Source: Alphaproteobacteria bacterium
GTDB lineage: Bacteria > Pseudomonadota > Alphaproteobacteria > Sphingomonadales > Emcibacteraceae
DNA: 45,940 nucleotides
Assembly: GCA_030432815.1 (NCBI GenBank)
Contig: JAUILB010000001.1
Coordinates: 1 to 45,940, forward strand
Direction: 5' to 3'
Positions 1 through 10,028 of the stretch are shown one piece after another. Under the pieces are notes generated by a model. The model was not told the origin of the DNA. It worked only from the letters and a program-made list of their open reading frames with translations, and did not search any database. The translations under genes and the position numbers were made by a program. Numbering within the stretch: the stretch's first letter is position 1; every line of letters starts with the position of its first letter.

Positions 1-96
1 TAAATATAAAAATCTATTCTATTGCCCATGTGATAGCGTTCAAAAAAGTCATGGAAACTGCAATTGCATTCTCTTATGATCTTTAGATAAAGGGAT

Positions 97-111
97 ATTC
101 ATTTCATGAAT
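97..111. promoter_or_regulatory. Palindrome upstream of soeA, candidate operator
   Basis: ATTCAT-TTC-ATGAAT perfect dyad, 24 nt before the soeA ATG; also fits the LysR T-N11-A pattern. Confidence 0.4.
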
Positions 112-135
112 TTATGGTCACTTCGGTAAAAATTT

Positions 136-3009
136 ATGCAGAAAAATAAAACAGAAATTAAAACCACTACCTGTTATATGTGTGCATGCAGGTGCGGGAT
201 AAATGTTCACCTTAAAGATGGACGTATCAAATATATCGAAGGAAACCCCGATCACCCTGTGAATAAAGGTGTTTTGTGTGCAAAGGGATCAGCAGGGATC
301 ATGCAGCATTATTCGCCAGCACGGCTAACTTCACCGCTTAAGAGGGTAGGGCCGCGCGGAAGTGGCGAATTCGAAGAAATTTCGTGGGACGAAGCAATGG
401 ATATCGCCACAGAGAAACTCCGCGCGGTACGAAATAAAGATCCCAAACGTCTGGCGTTCTTTACAGGCAGGGATCAAAGTCAGGCATTAACCGGTTGGTT
501 TTCCGCAAAATTCGGCACACATAATTATGCTGCCCACGGCGGGTTCTGCTCAGTTAACATGGCCGCTGCCGGGCTCTATTCTATTGGCGGATCTTTCTGG
601 GAATTTGGTGAACCGGATTGGCATAAAACCAAATATTTTATGATGTTTGGGGTGGCAGAAGATCATGATTCAAACCCAATTAAAAAAGGTATTGGCACGA
701 TCAAAAAACGCGCCGGCACAAAATATGTATCCATTAATCCGGTACAATCCGGCTATGCAGCCATAGCCGATGAATGGCTGGGTATTCGGCCCGGGACAGA
801 TGGATTATTTGTCGGTGCGCTTATTTCAGAACTTATTAAAGCTGAAAAAATTGATTTTGATTTTCTTGTTAGATACACCAACAGTCCCTGGCTTGTAATT
901 GATAATCAGGGAGAAGCCAATAACGGATTATTTGCCCGTGACGAGGAAGGAAACCCGCTTTGTTTTGATGTTAGCCGGAACGTTGTTACCGCAATGCAAG
1001 TCGGAAAATCTAAACCAGCAATGGTTGGGGAATTTGAACTTGTTGATGGTACTAAAGTGATTCCGGCCTTTCAACATATCATACAGGAATTTTTAAGTGA
1101 AAAATATGAACTTTCCTATGTGGAAAAAGAGACCGGAATAAAGACTGCTGATATTAAACGCATTGCAGCTGAAATAGCAGAGGTCGCATTCAGTGAAGAA
1201 ATTACGCTTGATGTTCCGTGGACGGATAGCTATGGCACCAAACATGATAAAATAATAGGACGTCCGGTGTCATTCCATGCCATGCGCGGTATTGCCGCTC
1301 ATAAGAATGGCTTTGAAACTTGTCGGATGATCCATTTATTGCAAATGTTATTGGGAGCGATTGATGGACCGGGATCATTCCGTTATAAGCCACCGTTTCC
1401 GAGGCCGACACCACCACACAAAAAAAATGCCAAAAAATCTGCCGCTCCTGGTGAAGTAGCAGAAGCAGAGCCCCTTGGCTTCCCTGCGGGTCCTGAAGAC
1501 CTTGCTGTTGATGAAAATGGAGAGCCAACACGTCTGGATAAGGCGTTTTCATGGGAATATCCGCTAGCTATTCACGGTATGATGCATATGTCACTTCATA
1601 ATGCATGGGCTGGTGATCCCTACAAGGTTGATGTTTTTATGATGTATATGGCCAACATGGCGTGGAATTCATCCATGAATGTTGAAAATGCTCTTAAATA
1701 TATGACGGATAAAGATCCGGAAACCGGCGAATATAAAATACCTTATATTATTTATTCGGATGCGTTTTATTCGGAAACGGTCCCATATGCGGATTTAATT
1801 CTACCGGATACCACATATTTGGAACGCTGGGATGCGATTTCTATGCTGGACCGCCCGATTGGAACCGCCGAAGCAGCAGCGGATTCTATCCGTCAACCAG
1901 TGTTGGAACCGGACCGTGATGTCCGTCCGTTTCAGGATGTGGTTCTTGATCTTGGTGTTCGCTTAGGATTGCCGGGTATGGTGGACGACAACGGTGCCCC
2001 GCTTTATCCCGGTGGCTACAGTGATTATTTGGTAAATCATGAACGCGCGCCGGGTGTAGGCCCGCTTTCCGGGTGGCGCGGCGAAAATGGTGAAAGTCAT
2101 GGAAAAGGGGTGCCAAACAAAAACCAGATGCAGAAATACATCGAAAATGGTTGTTACTGGGAATATGAGCTTGAAGAAGCCGAACAGTATAATCGATTTG
2201 CCAATCAGGCATATTTGGAAACTGCGACAAAAATGGGCTGGATGGGATCCCCAGAACCCATAGTGCTAAATGTTTATAATGAAATGCTTCAAAAGTTTCA
2301 TCTTGCCGCAGAAGGCCACGGTGAACATGTACCGCCGGAGCATGCGCGGGAACGAATAAAGACCTATTTTAACCCTGTACCAACATGGTATCCGGTTCAG
2401 GAACATGTGGATATTAACAGTGATGAGTTCCCCTTATCGGCACTTACACAGCGCCCAGCCCATATGTATCATTCCTGGGGCAGTCAGAATGCATGGCTGC
2501 GTCAGCTCACATCACAAAATTACCTTTATATTCACCCAAAGACAGCAAAAGAAAAAAATATTGATGATCTTGATTGGGTATGGATTGAAAGCCCCCACGG
2601 CAAAGTTAAGGTACAGGCTAAATATATGGAAGGCCTTAATGAGGGGACTGTCTGGACATGGAATGCGATAGGTAAACGCCGTGGTGCATGGGCATTGGAC
2701 GAGAAATCTCCTGAATTTCAGAAAGCGTTTTTACTTAATCATGTGATATCGGAAAATTTAACGGCGGATGATGGATCTGTGCGTTCCAATTCTGACCCGG
2801 TCACGGGTCAAGGCGCGTGGTTTGATACCCGTGTCAAGGTTGGACGCGCAGATAACCAGTCTGACGAGACTACATCGCCGCTTATTGAGCCTGTTAAATT
2901 CTATGATAAGTACCAACGCCCGGATGTTTTGCAATATGGGTTTAAAAAAAATCGAAGCTTTGACGAGTATGAAAGGTCATTGGGAACAACTGAGGAGAAG
3001 GGAACATGA
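136..3009 (+). CDS. soeA: Sulfite:quinone oxidoreductase, molybdopterin catalytic subunit (DMSO reductase family)
   Basis: N-terminal CYMCACRC...C Fe-S motif, FFTGRDQSQ and AAHGGFCSVNM motifs typical of SoeA, C-terminal MYHSWGSQNAWLRQ; no Tat signal; followed by Fe-S and DmsC-like genes. Confidence 0.9.
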   Translation: MQKNKTEIKTTTCYMCACRCGINVHLKDGRIKYIEGNPDHPVNKGVLCAKGSAGIMQHYSPARLTSPLKRVGPRGSGEFEEISWDEAMDIATEKLRAVRNKDPKRLAFFTGRDQSQALTGWFSAKFGTHNYAAHGGFCSVNMAAAGLYSIGGSFWEFGEPDWHKTKYFMMFGVAEDHDSNPIKKGIGTIKKRAGTKYVSINPVQSGYAAIADEWLGIRPGTDGLFVGALISELIKAEKIDFDFLVRYTNSPWLVIDNQGEANNGLFARDEEGNPLCFDVSRNVVTAMQVGKSKPAMVGEFELVDGTKVIPAFQHIIQEFLSEKYELSYVEKETGIKTADIKRIAAEIAEVAFSEEITLDVPWTDSYGTKHDKIIGRPVSFHAMRGIAAHKNGFETCRMIHLLQMLLGAIDGPGSFRYKPPFPRPTPPHKKNAKKSAAPGEVAEAEPLGFPAGPEDLAVDENGEPTRLDKAFSWEYPLAIHGMMHMSLHNAWAGDPYKVDVFMMYMANMAWNSSMNVENALKYMTDKDPETGEYKIPYIIYSDAFYSETVPYADLILPDTTYLERWDAISMLDRPIGTAEAAADSIRQPVLEPDRDVRPFQDVVLDLGVRLGLPGMVDDNGAPLYPGGYSDYLVNHERAPGVGPLSGWRGENGESHGKGVPNKNQMQKYIENGCYWEYELEEAEQYNRFANQAYLETATKMGWMGSPEPIVLNVYNEMLQKFHLAAEGHGEHVPPEHARERIKTYFNPVPTWYPVQEHVDINSDEFPLSALTQRPAHMYHSWGSQNAWLRQLTSQNYLYIHPKTAKEKNIDDLDWVWIESPHGKVKVQAKYMEGLNEGTVWTWNAIGKRRGAWALDEKSPEFQKAFLLNHVISENLTADDGSVRSNSDPVTGQGAWFDTRVKVGRADNQSDETTSPLIEPVKFYDKYQRPDVLQYGFKKNRSFDEYERSLGTTEEKGT

Positions 3010-3737
3010 CCTGTCTTCCTGATAAAACAGATAAAAAACTGGGCCTGCTGATTGATCTGGATATATGTGTCGGGTGTCATGCCTGCGCAGTTAATTGCAA
3101 GGAATGGAATACAAGTGGCATTACCGGACCGATGGAGGATATTAAACCATACGGGGATGATCCCAGTGGTGTTTGGTATAACAGAATTCATAGTTATGAA
3201 TTTAAAAAACCTGGTGAAGTAGACCGAACCGTTTACTTCCCGAAATCCTGCCTTCACTGCGAAGATGCACCATGTGTAACGGTTTGTCCAACTGGCGCAT
3301 CTCTTAAACGATCAGAAGACGGTATCGTGCTCGTTAATCCTGATGTGTGTATCGGATGTAAGCTTTGTTCCTGGGCCTGTCCATATGGCGCACGTGAATA
3401 TGATACCACAGGCGGCGTGATGCAAAAATGTACTTTATGCGTAGATAAAATTTATGATGAAACCATTCCGGAAGAAAGACGAGTGCCGTCCTGCGTATCA
3501 ACCTGTCCGGCGGGTGCAAGGCATTTTGGTGATTTTGCAGATCCTGAATCCAATGTATCAAAACTGGCGGCTGCAAACGATGCCCGTGATCTGTTTCCTG
3601 AAATGGAAACTAAGCCTGTAAATCAGTACTTGCCGCCAAGAAAAAGACAGATACATAAAGAAAAATCGCTTAATCATAAAGTATCAAATGTTAAAGATGC
3701 CATGCTACGGTGGGCTAAATTGGATTTTACGGGATAG
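3006..3737 (+). CDS. soeB: Sulfite:quinone oxidoreductase 4Fe-4S subunit
   Basis: Four Cys clusters (CVGCHAC, CLHC..C..C, CIGCKLC..CP, CTLC..C..CP); ATGA overlap with soeA. Confidence 0.9.
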   Translation: MTCLPDKTDKKLGLLIDLDICVGCHACAVNCKEWNTSGITGPMEDIKPYGDDPSGVWYNRIHSYEFKKPGEVDRTVYFPKSCLHCEDAPCVTVCPTGASLKRSEDGIVLVNPDVCIGCKLCSWACPYGAREYDTTGGVMQKCTLCVDKIYDETIPEERRVPSCVSTCPAGARHFGDFADPESNVSKLAAANDARDLFPEMETKPVNQYLPPRKRQIHKEKSLNHKVSNVKDAMLRWAKLDFTG

Positions 3738-3741
3738 AGCC

Positions 3742-4644
3742 ATGCATCCAGCACTTTCAGTTATCGTCTTTACAACTTTTTCCGGGATGGGCTACGGGCT
3801 TTTCATCTGGATTTGTGGCAATATTTTAATAGGTACGCCGCCTTTCAGGGAAGAAATTATTTTTGGCACTTCCATGTCTTTTATTTTGGTGGCAACGGGT
3901 CTTTTATCATCAGTAGCCCATTTGGGGCGTCCGGAGCGGTCTTGGCGGGCGTTTAGCCAGTGGCGTACATCTTGGCTTAGCAGGGAAGGGATTATGTCAA
4001 TACTTACATTCGGCCCAATCATCTTCATCGGTGGCGAAACATATCTGAACACCGGATTGGACTTTCTTATCATGCCAATGGCATTGCTAGGAATTATAGG
4101 AGCTGTAATTACCTTATATACCACTAGCATGATATATGCTTCTCTTAAAGCCATACCCGCATGGCATAATAAATGGGTTATAGCGGGGTTTCAGGTTTAT
4201 GCCCTTTCAAGTGGTGGCGTTGCTTATATCATGGTTGCCGGGTGGCAGCATTATCAGATTGTTATGGATCTGCTGGTTTTTGCCCTCGCCGTCAAAATCA
4301 TGACCTGGATATATATTGATAGAAACCGCGGCCAATATAAGCGTGAATCGGCGCTTGGTCTTAGTGATTTTGGAAAAGCAAAGCCTTTTGAGCCGGCCCA
4401 TAGTCAGAAAAATTATCTTCAGCGTGAAATGGGATATGAGCTTGGATCACTTCGTCGCACCGTTATGCGTTGGCTTGCACTAGGGGGCGGTTTTATTATT
4501 CCTGCGGCACTTTTATATGTGGGCTTCCCACTAGCACCTGTGATTGTTGTTATATGTCTTATTGGTATGATGGCTGAACGGTGGTTGTTTTTTGCCGAAG
4601 CGGAACATGTGGTGCGTCTTTATTATGATAAAGATGAAATCTAG
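3742..4644 (+). CDS. soeC: Sulfite:quinone oxidoreductase membrane anchor (DmsC family)
   Basis: Starts MHPALSVIVFTT; HLGRPER, WRTSWLSRE and ERWLFFAEA motifs; multiple TM segments; start moved from 3688 to ATG 3742. Confidence 0.88.
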   Translation: MHPALSVIVFTTFSGMGYGLFIWICGNILIGTPPFREEIIFGTSMSFILVATGLLSSVAHLGRPERSWRAFSQWRTSWLSREGIMSILTFGPIIFIGGETYLNTGLDFLIMPMALLGIIGAVITLYTTSMIYASLKAIPAWHNKWVIAGFQVYALSSGGVAYIMVAGWQHYQIVMDLLVFALAVKIMTWIYIDRNRGQYKRESALGLSDFGKAKPFEPAHSQKNYLQREMGYELGSLRRTVMRWLALGGGFIIPAALLYVGFPLAPVIVVICLIGMMAERWLFFAEAEHVVRLYYDKDEI

Positions 4645-4717
4645 TCGAAAATGATTAGCATTCTTAACTGGGACTTGATATATAATAACATCACAATAAT
4701 TTCCGGATGAATATATT

Positions 4718-6880
4718 ATGTTGAAGCCCTTAATAACGAGTGCATTATTGTGTTCAATATCTTTTGCACCGCTAAGTTTGTACGGACAGACAGTACCTGA
4801 TGATCAGTCTGTTGTTACCTATGATAAAGAGTATTTCATTAAATATGATCCAGTGACATTATTGGACATGCTTCAACGCGTACCTGGTGTTCAGGCAATC
4901 CTCGATGCGAACAGTCGTCAGGGTGGTGGCGGAGGCGGAGGTACCGGCCGCGGTGGACAACAGGAACGCGGGTTTGGTTCTGGTGGTGATCAGATCCTCA
5001 TTAATAACAGGCGCCTTTCGGGTAAGGCAAACAACATTAACAGTACGCTTCAGCGAATTTCTGCATCAACGGTTCAACGGGTAGAAATTATCCGTGGTGC
5101 ATCAAGCGATATGGATGTGCAAAGTCAGGGCCTGGTAGTGAACGTTATAATGGATGAGGGTGCGTCAACATCCAGCACATTCTGGAAAGTAGGAGGCCGA
5201 TTGTCTGAGGGGTACTTATTTTCCCCCGATATACTTGTCTCACATAATGGATCCAGGGGTAATCTGGATTATATTTTTGGTGTTGAAGCAAAACAGGGTC
5301 AGCATATAGAACACAGGCTGGATGAAATCCTTACGCCGGATTTTGTTAAAACAGGAGATGCTGGTAGAAACACGGATAACGTGAATAAATACCTCAGATT
5401 TAATAGTAATCTGACCTATAATGCTGAAAATGGTGATGAATTCAGACTAAATGCCCAATATGAACCAGGAAAATACCGGAAGCGTGAACCACGTTTCACG
5501 CAGGATATTGGTGCTGCAAGGGAAAATCAAAATTGGGACGAAGATCAGACCTCCAATAAATGGGAAATCGGGGGTGATTATACAAAAAATATTGATGGTC
5601 TGGGTAGTTGGAAAACACTTTTTATTGCCAACCGTGATCGCATTAATAAAACAGCTGTTTATGAAAATATCCTTGATAATGGTGATGTGCCGGTTTTTAA
5701 AAACACCGAATATAGGGTAAAAAAGGAAAAAATCGTCCGATCATCCCTAACCGCAGGAATTTTTTCCAACCAGGTGATCGAAGTGGGTGGCGAAGCAGCC
5801 ATTAATAACTTTGATAAAATATTTACCAACGAAAACTTTGTCACCAATGCTTATGTTATAAGTGTAAATGATGATGTAAAAGTGAAGGAAAACAGATACG
5901 AAATATTTGCAAACCATACATATAATGTATCGTCAAAGATGGTTTTACAAAGCTCACTGATTGGAGAATTTTCAAAAATAAGTTCGCTCACTGTTCCATT
6001 GGTTGGTGATAATATAGAACGCAGTAAAAAGTTCAGTTTTTTAAAACCGCGCGCGGACTTCAGATATGATTTTAATGACCGTAACCAGCTTCGTGCGACG
6101 GTCGAAAAGAAAGTAAGCCAGCTTGATTTTCAGAATTTCGTGGCGACATATGATGCTACAAATGACATTTTAAGACTGGGCAATACAGGGATCGTACCTG
6201 AAAAATCCTGGAATTATAGTGTGACTTATGAGCACCGTCTGCCGGATGATGCGGGGGCACTACAGGTTGAATTTTTCTATCGCGATCTGACAGATTATAT
6301 TGAACTTGTTGATTTCACTGAATTTTTTGATGCAAATGGAACTCCTATAGCGCAAGCTGATATTGATCCGATTTCCAAATCGGGGAATATCCCTTCCGCA
6401 AGGTCATTCGGCATAAAGACTACGGGTAGTCTGCGGCTTGGATTTGTAGGTCTGCCTGAAGCCGTCTTCAGTATTGATTATACATGGGATGACATGGACG
6501 TGATTGATCAGTTTAGTGGTGTTCACAGGCCCTTTAAATGGAAATCCGAACATGAATTCACGTTTAATTTCAGGCATGATGTGACGGACTTAGGATTATC
6601 TTATGGCTTTAAAGGTACTATCAAAGGCGATAGTTACCGTCATGAAATTGATCAGGTGGCAAGCACCGATAATGGCGATCTTTACGAAGCATTTGTGGAG
6701 AAAAGAATCTGGAATGACATGAAGTTGATCTTCAAGTTTGAGCATATTACTGACCGTAAATTCACAACATTTATGAGATTTTATAATGATCATATTCGTT
6801 ATAACGATCTGAACCGATTTGAAGACCGGGACTGGCGTTATGTGCGTGAATGGTCATTATACCTGCAGGGAACTTTCTAA
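4718..6880 (+). CDS. TonB-dependent outer membrane receptor
   Basis: Signal peptide; plug motifs (DMLQRVPGV, QILINNRR, VQRVEIIRG, VVNVI); GNTGIVPEKS; C-terminal Phe. Confidence 0.88.
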   Translation: MLKPLITSALLCSISFAPLSLYGQTVPDDQSVVTYDKEYFIKYDPVTLLDMLQRVPGVQAILDANSRQGGGGGGGTGRGGQQERGFGSGGDQILINNRRLSGKANNINSTLQRISASTVQRVEIIRGASSDMDVQSQGLVVNVIMDEGASTSSTFWKVGGRLSEGYLFSPDILVSHNGSRGNLDYIFGVEAKQGQHIEHRLDEILTPDFVKTGDAGRNTDNVNKYLRFNSNLTYNAENGDEFRLNAQYEPGKYRKREPRFTQDIGAARENQNWDEDQTSNKWEIGGDYTKNIDGLGSWKTLFIANRDRINKTAVYENILDNGDVPVFKNTEYRVKKEKIVRSSLTAGIFSNQVIEVGGEAAINNFDKIFTNENFVTNAYVISVNDDVKVKENRYEIFANHTYNVSSKMVLQSSLIGEFSKISSLTVPLVGDNIERSKKFSFLKPRADFRYDFNDRNQLRATVEKKVSQLDFQNFVATYDATNDILRLGNTGIVPEKSWNYSVTYEHRLPDDAGALQVEFFYRDLTDYIELVDFTEFFDANGTPIAQADIDPISKSGNIPSARSFGIKTTGSLRLGFVGLPEAVFSIDYTWDDMDVIDQFSGVHRPFKWKSEHEFTFNFRHDVTDLGLSYGFKGTIKGDSYRHEIDQVASTDNGDLYEAFVEKRIWNDMKLIFKFEHITDRKFTTFMRFYNDHIRYNDLNRFEDRDWRYVREWSLYLQGTF

Positions 6881-8004
6881 CGCTGTAATTTTGGTGGCGC
6901 TTTTGCATATTGCATGGGCGTTTTGGAATAATTAATTGGGTTTTTGATAATGGGAACCTGTTCTCCGTCATTAGTTATAATCTTGCCCATCAAACCGCGT
7001 TCTATGATATGTGGATCTGACAGTATCTGAGCAAGATTATTTACCGGGCCGCAAGGGATATTTTTCTTTTCAAACTGATTAATCCATTCAGCCGTATTTT
7101 TAGATTTCAAAATAATTTCTATTTCAGGAATTAACATCACCCTGTTTATGACGCGTGCGGCATTTGTTTTAAATTTTTCATCGTTATGCCAACTTGCCCC
7201 CACTATTTTTGAGAAAGTTGCAAACTGATCATCATTTCCAATGGCAAGAACCATATCACCATCATTTGTTTTAAAAACCTGATAAGGCACGATACTCACA
7301 TGTTCGTTGCCGTGTCTTTTTGGAACCTCCCCACCAATCAGATAATTGGATGTATGATTTGCCAGCATTGCAATCTGGCAATCAAGAAGTGCCAAATCGA
7401 TATATTGCCCTTCACCAGTTCTGTCCCGGTGTATGAGCGCACCTAAAATGCCAACAGTTGCGTACATGCCTGTCATAATGTCTGCAATGGCAACGCCTAC
7501 TTTTTGTGGTTCTCCGTCTTTCTCACCGGTAATACTCATCATTCCGCCCATTGCCTGGATCATAAAATCATAACCAGCCCGATTTGCATAAGGCCCTGAT
7601 TGACCAAACCCGGTTATGGAACAATAAATCAGGCCGGGGTTGATTTTGGAGAGGGTTTTGTAATCCAGGCCATATTTTTTAAGACCACTCACCTTAAAAT
7701 TTTCGACCAGTATGTCGCATTCTTTGGCTAGGTGCTTTACTTTTTCCTGTCCATCTTGTGTTGTTATATCAATAAACAGGGTTGTTTTATTACGGTTTGT
7801 GCAGTGAAAATAGGCTGCATCTCCCGGACTGCCATCTGCATTCGATGAAAAAGGCGGCCCCCATCCTCGGGTATCATCGCCGCTGCCGGGTTTTTCTATT
7901 TTTATTACGTCTGCACCCATATCCCCAAGTATTTGTGTCGACCACGGACCAGCAAGCACCCGACTTAAATCAAGAACTTTTATATGTGATAATGGCCCTG
8001 GCAT
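6877..8004 (-). CDS. CaiB/BaiF family (class III) CoA transferase, probably succinyl-CoA:glutarate type
   Basis: VLDLSRVLAGP, GADVIKIE, CSITGFGQSGPY, GYDFMIQAMGG, catalytic VAIAD; directly downstream of gcdH. Confidence 0.9.
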   Translation of the reverse strand: MPGPLSHIKVLDLSRVLAGPWSTQILGDMGADVIKIEKPGSGDDTRGWGPPFSSNADGSPGDAAYFHCTNRNKTTLFIDITTQDGQEKVKHLAKECDILVENFKVSGLKKYGLDYKTLSKINPGLIYCSITGFGQSGPYANRAGYDFMIQAMGGMMSITGEKDGEPQKVGVAIADIMTGMYATVGILGALIHRDRTGEGQYIDLALLDCQIAMLANHTSNYLIGGEVPKRHGNEHVSIVPYQVFKTNDGDMVLAIGNDDQFATFSKIVGASWHNDEKFKTNAARVINRVMLIPEIEIILKSKNTAEWINQFEKKNIPCGPVNNLAQILSDPHIIERGLMGKIITNDGEQVPIIKNPINYSKTPMQYAKAPPKLQR

Positions 8005-8006
8005 AT

Positions 8007-9188
8007 TCAGAAAGCATTTATGCCTGTTTGAAGGCGACCAAGGATCAGCGCGTGGATATCATGTGTTCCTTCGTAAGTGTTCACGGCTTCCAAGTTCATG
8101 ACGTGGCGAATGATGTGGAATTCGTCTGCAATACCGTTACCGCCGTGCATGTCACGTGCTATACGGGCAATATCAAGTGCCTTGCCGCAATTGTTTCTTT
8201 TCAAAAGCGAAATAGCATCAGGTGAAAGTAATTTCTGATCCATCAGCCTGCCTGCCTGCAGACAACCATGAAGGCCAAGGGTGATTTCCGTCTGCATATC
8301 TGCAAGTTTTCTCTGAACAAGCTGATTTGCGGCCAATGGTTTTCCAAACTGTTTACGGTCAAGTGTATATTGCCGTGCAGCATGCCAGCAGAATTCAGCA
8401 GCACCGATCACCCCCCATGCTATACCGTACCGAGCATTGGATAGACACCCAAGCGGGCCTTTCATTCCTTCCACATTTGGAAGCATGTTTTCTTCGGGTA
8501 CAAATACATCTTCCATAACAATTTCCCCTGTATCTGACGCACGTAGAGAAAATTTTCCTTCAATCTTAGGGGCACTTAATCCGTCCATCTCTTTTTCAAG
8601 AATAAAACCACGTACAACCCCATCATCATTTTTGCCCCAAACCACAAAAATGTCAGCAATCGGGCTATTGGTGATCCACATTTTTGTACCGTTAAGAATA
8701 TAGCCGCCATCCACTGATTTGGCCCGTGTCTGCATACTGGCCGGGTCTGATCCTGAATTGGGTTCAGTAAGCCCGAAACAGCCGATGAGTTCCGCAGTAG
8801 CAAGTTTAGGCAGATATTTTTCCCGCTGTTCTTCGGACCCATAAGCATAAATTGGATACATCACAAGTGAACTTTGAACCGACATGGCGCTTCTATATCC
8901 ACTATCAACCGCTTCTACTTCACGGGCGATAAGACCGTATGATACATATCCAACGCCAGCGCAGCCATAACCATCTATTGTCGGGCCCAGGAAACCCATT
9001 TCACCCATTTTAGTCATCAGATTACGGTCAAACTTTTCATGGCGATTTGCTTCTAAAATACCCGGCATAAGTTCCGATTGGCAAAAGGCCTTTGCCTGAT
9101 CACGGATCATCCGCTCTTCCTCGTTAAGTGAATTTTCAAGAAGCAAAACATCTTCCCACGGGGCAGATTTCCATTTAGTGGCGTTCAT
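8007..9188 (-). CDS. gcdH: Glutaryl-CoA dehydrogenase
   Basis: [55 protein letters not shown]; start moved to ATG 9188. Confidence 0.9.
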   Translation of the reverse strand: MNATKWKSAPWEDVLLLENSLNEEERMIRDQAKAFCQSELMPGILEANRHEKFDRNLMTKMGEMGFLGPTIDGYGCAGVGYVSYGLIAREVEAVDSGYRSAMSVQSSLVMYPIYAYGSEEQREKYLPKLATAELIGCFGLTEPNSGSDPASMQTRAKSVDGGYILNGTKMWITNSPIADIFVVWGKNDDGVVRGFILEKEMDGLSAPKIEGKFSLRASDTGEIVMEDVFVPEENMLPNVEGMKGPLGCLSNARYGIAWGVIGAAEFCWHAARQYTLDRKQFGKPLAANQLVQRKLADMQTEITLGLHGCLQAGRLMDQKLLSPDAISLLKRNNCGKALDIARIARDMHGGNGIADEFHIIRHVMNLEAVNTYEGTHDIHALILGRLQTGINAF

Positions 9189-9192
9189 ATTT

Positions 9193-9765
9193 TCAGCTTT
9201 CTCTGTTTTTACCCGGAACCCAAAGAACGTCATCCTTACCGTTATTATTTGCTCTACGGCTAAGGACAAACAAATGATCCGAAAGGCGATTTAAATATTT
9301 AATGGCGATAGGCGATATTTCCTCTTTTTCAGCGACTTCAACCAGAAGTCTTTCGGCACGCCTTACTATTGTTCGGGCAAGATGAAGGTATGCTGCCGCA
9401 TCGGAACCGCCCGGCAACACAAATGATTTTAATGGGTCAATATTTTCATTCATTAAATCAATTTCTTGTTCAAGTCTGTCAACCTGTTCCTGGGTGATAC
9501 GCAGTGCCGTACTTTCATATTTGCCTCCCATCGGCAGTGATACATCAGCACCAAGATCAAAAAGGTCATTTTGAATACGGTTTAGCATCTCATCATCGTC
9601 CCCTTGTGTGCTAAGACGTGCAATCCCGATTGCAGCATTGCTTTCATCTATGCTGCCGTAAGCGTTGATACGGGGATTGTATTTTTTGGCTCTTGTTCCG
9701 TCGGTTAGGGACGTTTCACCCTTATCCCCGCCACGCGTGTATATTTTATCAAGCTTAACCATCAT
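9193..9765 (-). CDS. pduO: ATP:cob(I)alamin adenosyltransferase, PduO type
   Basis: [39 protein letters not shown] motifs. Confidence 0.92.
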   Translation of the reverse strand: MMVKLDKIYTRGGDKGETSLTDGTRAKKYNPRINAYGSIDESNAAIGIARLSTQGDDDEMLNRIQNDLFDLGADVSLPMGGKYESTALRITQEQVDRLEQEIDLMNENIDPLKSFVLPGGSDAAAYLHLARTIVRRAERLLVEVAEKEEISPIAIKYLNRLSDHLFVLSRRANNNGKDDVLWVPGKNRES

Positions 9766-9963
9766 TCACCCGGCATTGCGTGCAAGTACGTATAGTACGA
9801 TAAGAATGACTGTTATGAACTGGGAAATGACCCGCGCCCTCATCATTTTATTGCTTTTACGGCTGTCAGGTTCCTTTTTTATCATTGTTGCTGCCCCTGC
9901 TAGCATAATACCCATAGTTAGTACAACGCTTATGATTACAAGGGTTAAAAGTATGGATTGCAT
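9766..9963 (-). CDS. HIG1-domain twin-transmembrane small protein
   Basis: Two TM helices separated by SNKMMRARVISQ; usual position upstream of pduO in Alphaproteobacteria; AGGA RBS. Confidence 0.85.
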   Translation of the reverse strand: MQSILLTLVIISVVLTMGIMLAGAATMIKKEPDSRKSNKMMRARVISQFITVILIVLYVLARNAG

Positions 9964-9970
9964 AATTATT

Positions 9971-10000
9971 CCTATTTATCTTACATGTAAACTATATAGG
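9971..10000. promoter_or_regulatory. Extended dyad upstream of the HIG1-pduO-gcdH-caiB operon
   Basis: CCTAT-N5-TTACATGTAA-N5-ATAGG. Confidence 0.45.
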
Positions 10001-10028
10001 GTATTTTACCAAAATAGCTACAAATTAT

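Noticed and set aside
4922-4942. GGN repeat as a phase-variable microsatellite
   Set aside because: Mixed codons, in frame; simply encodes poly-Gly
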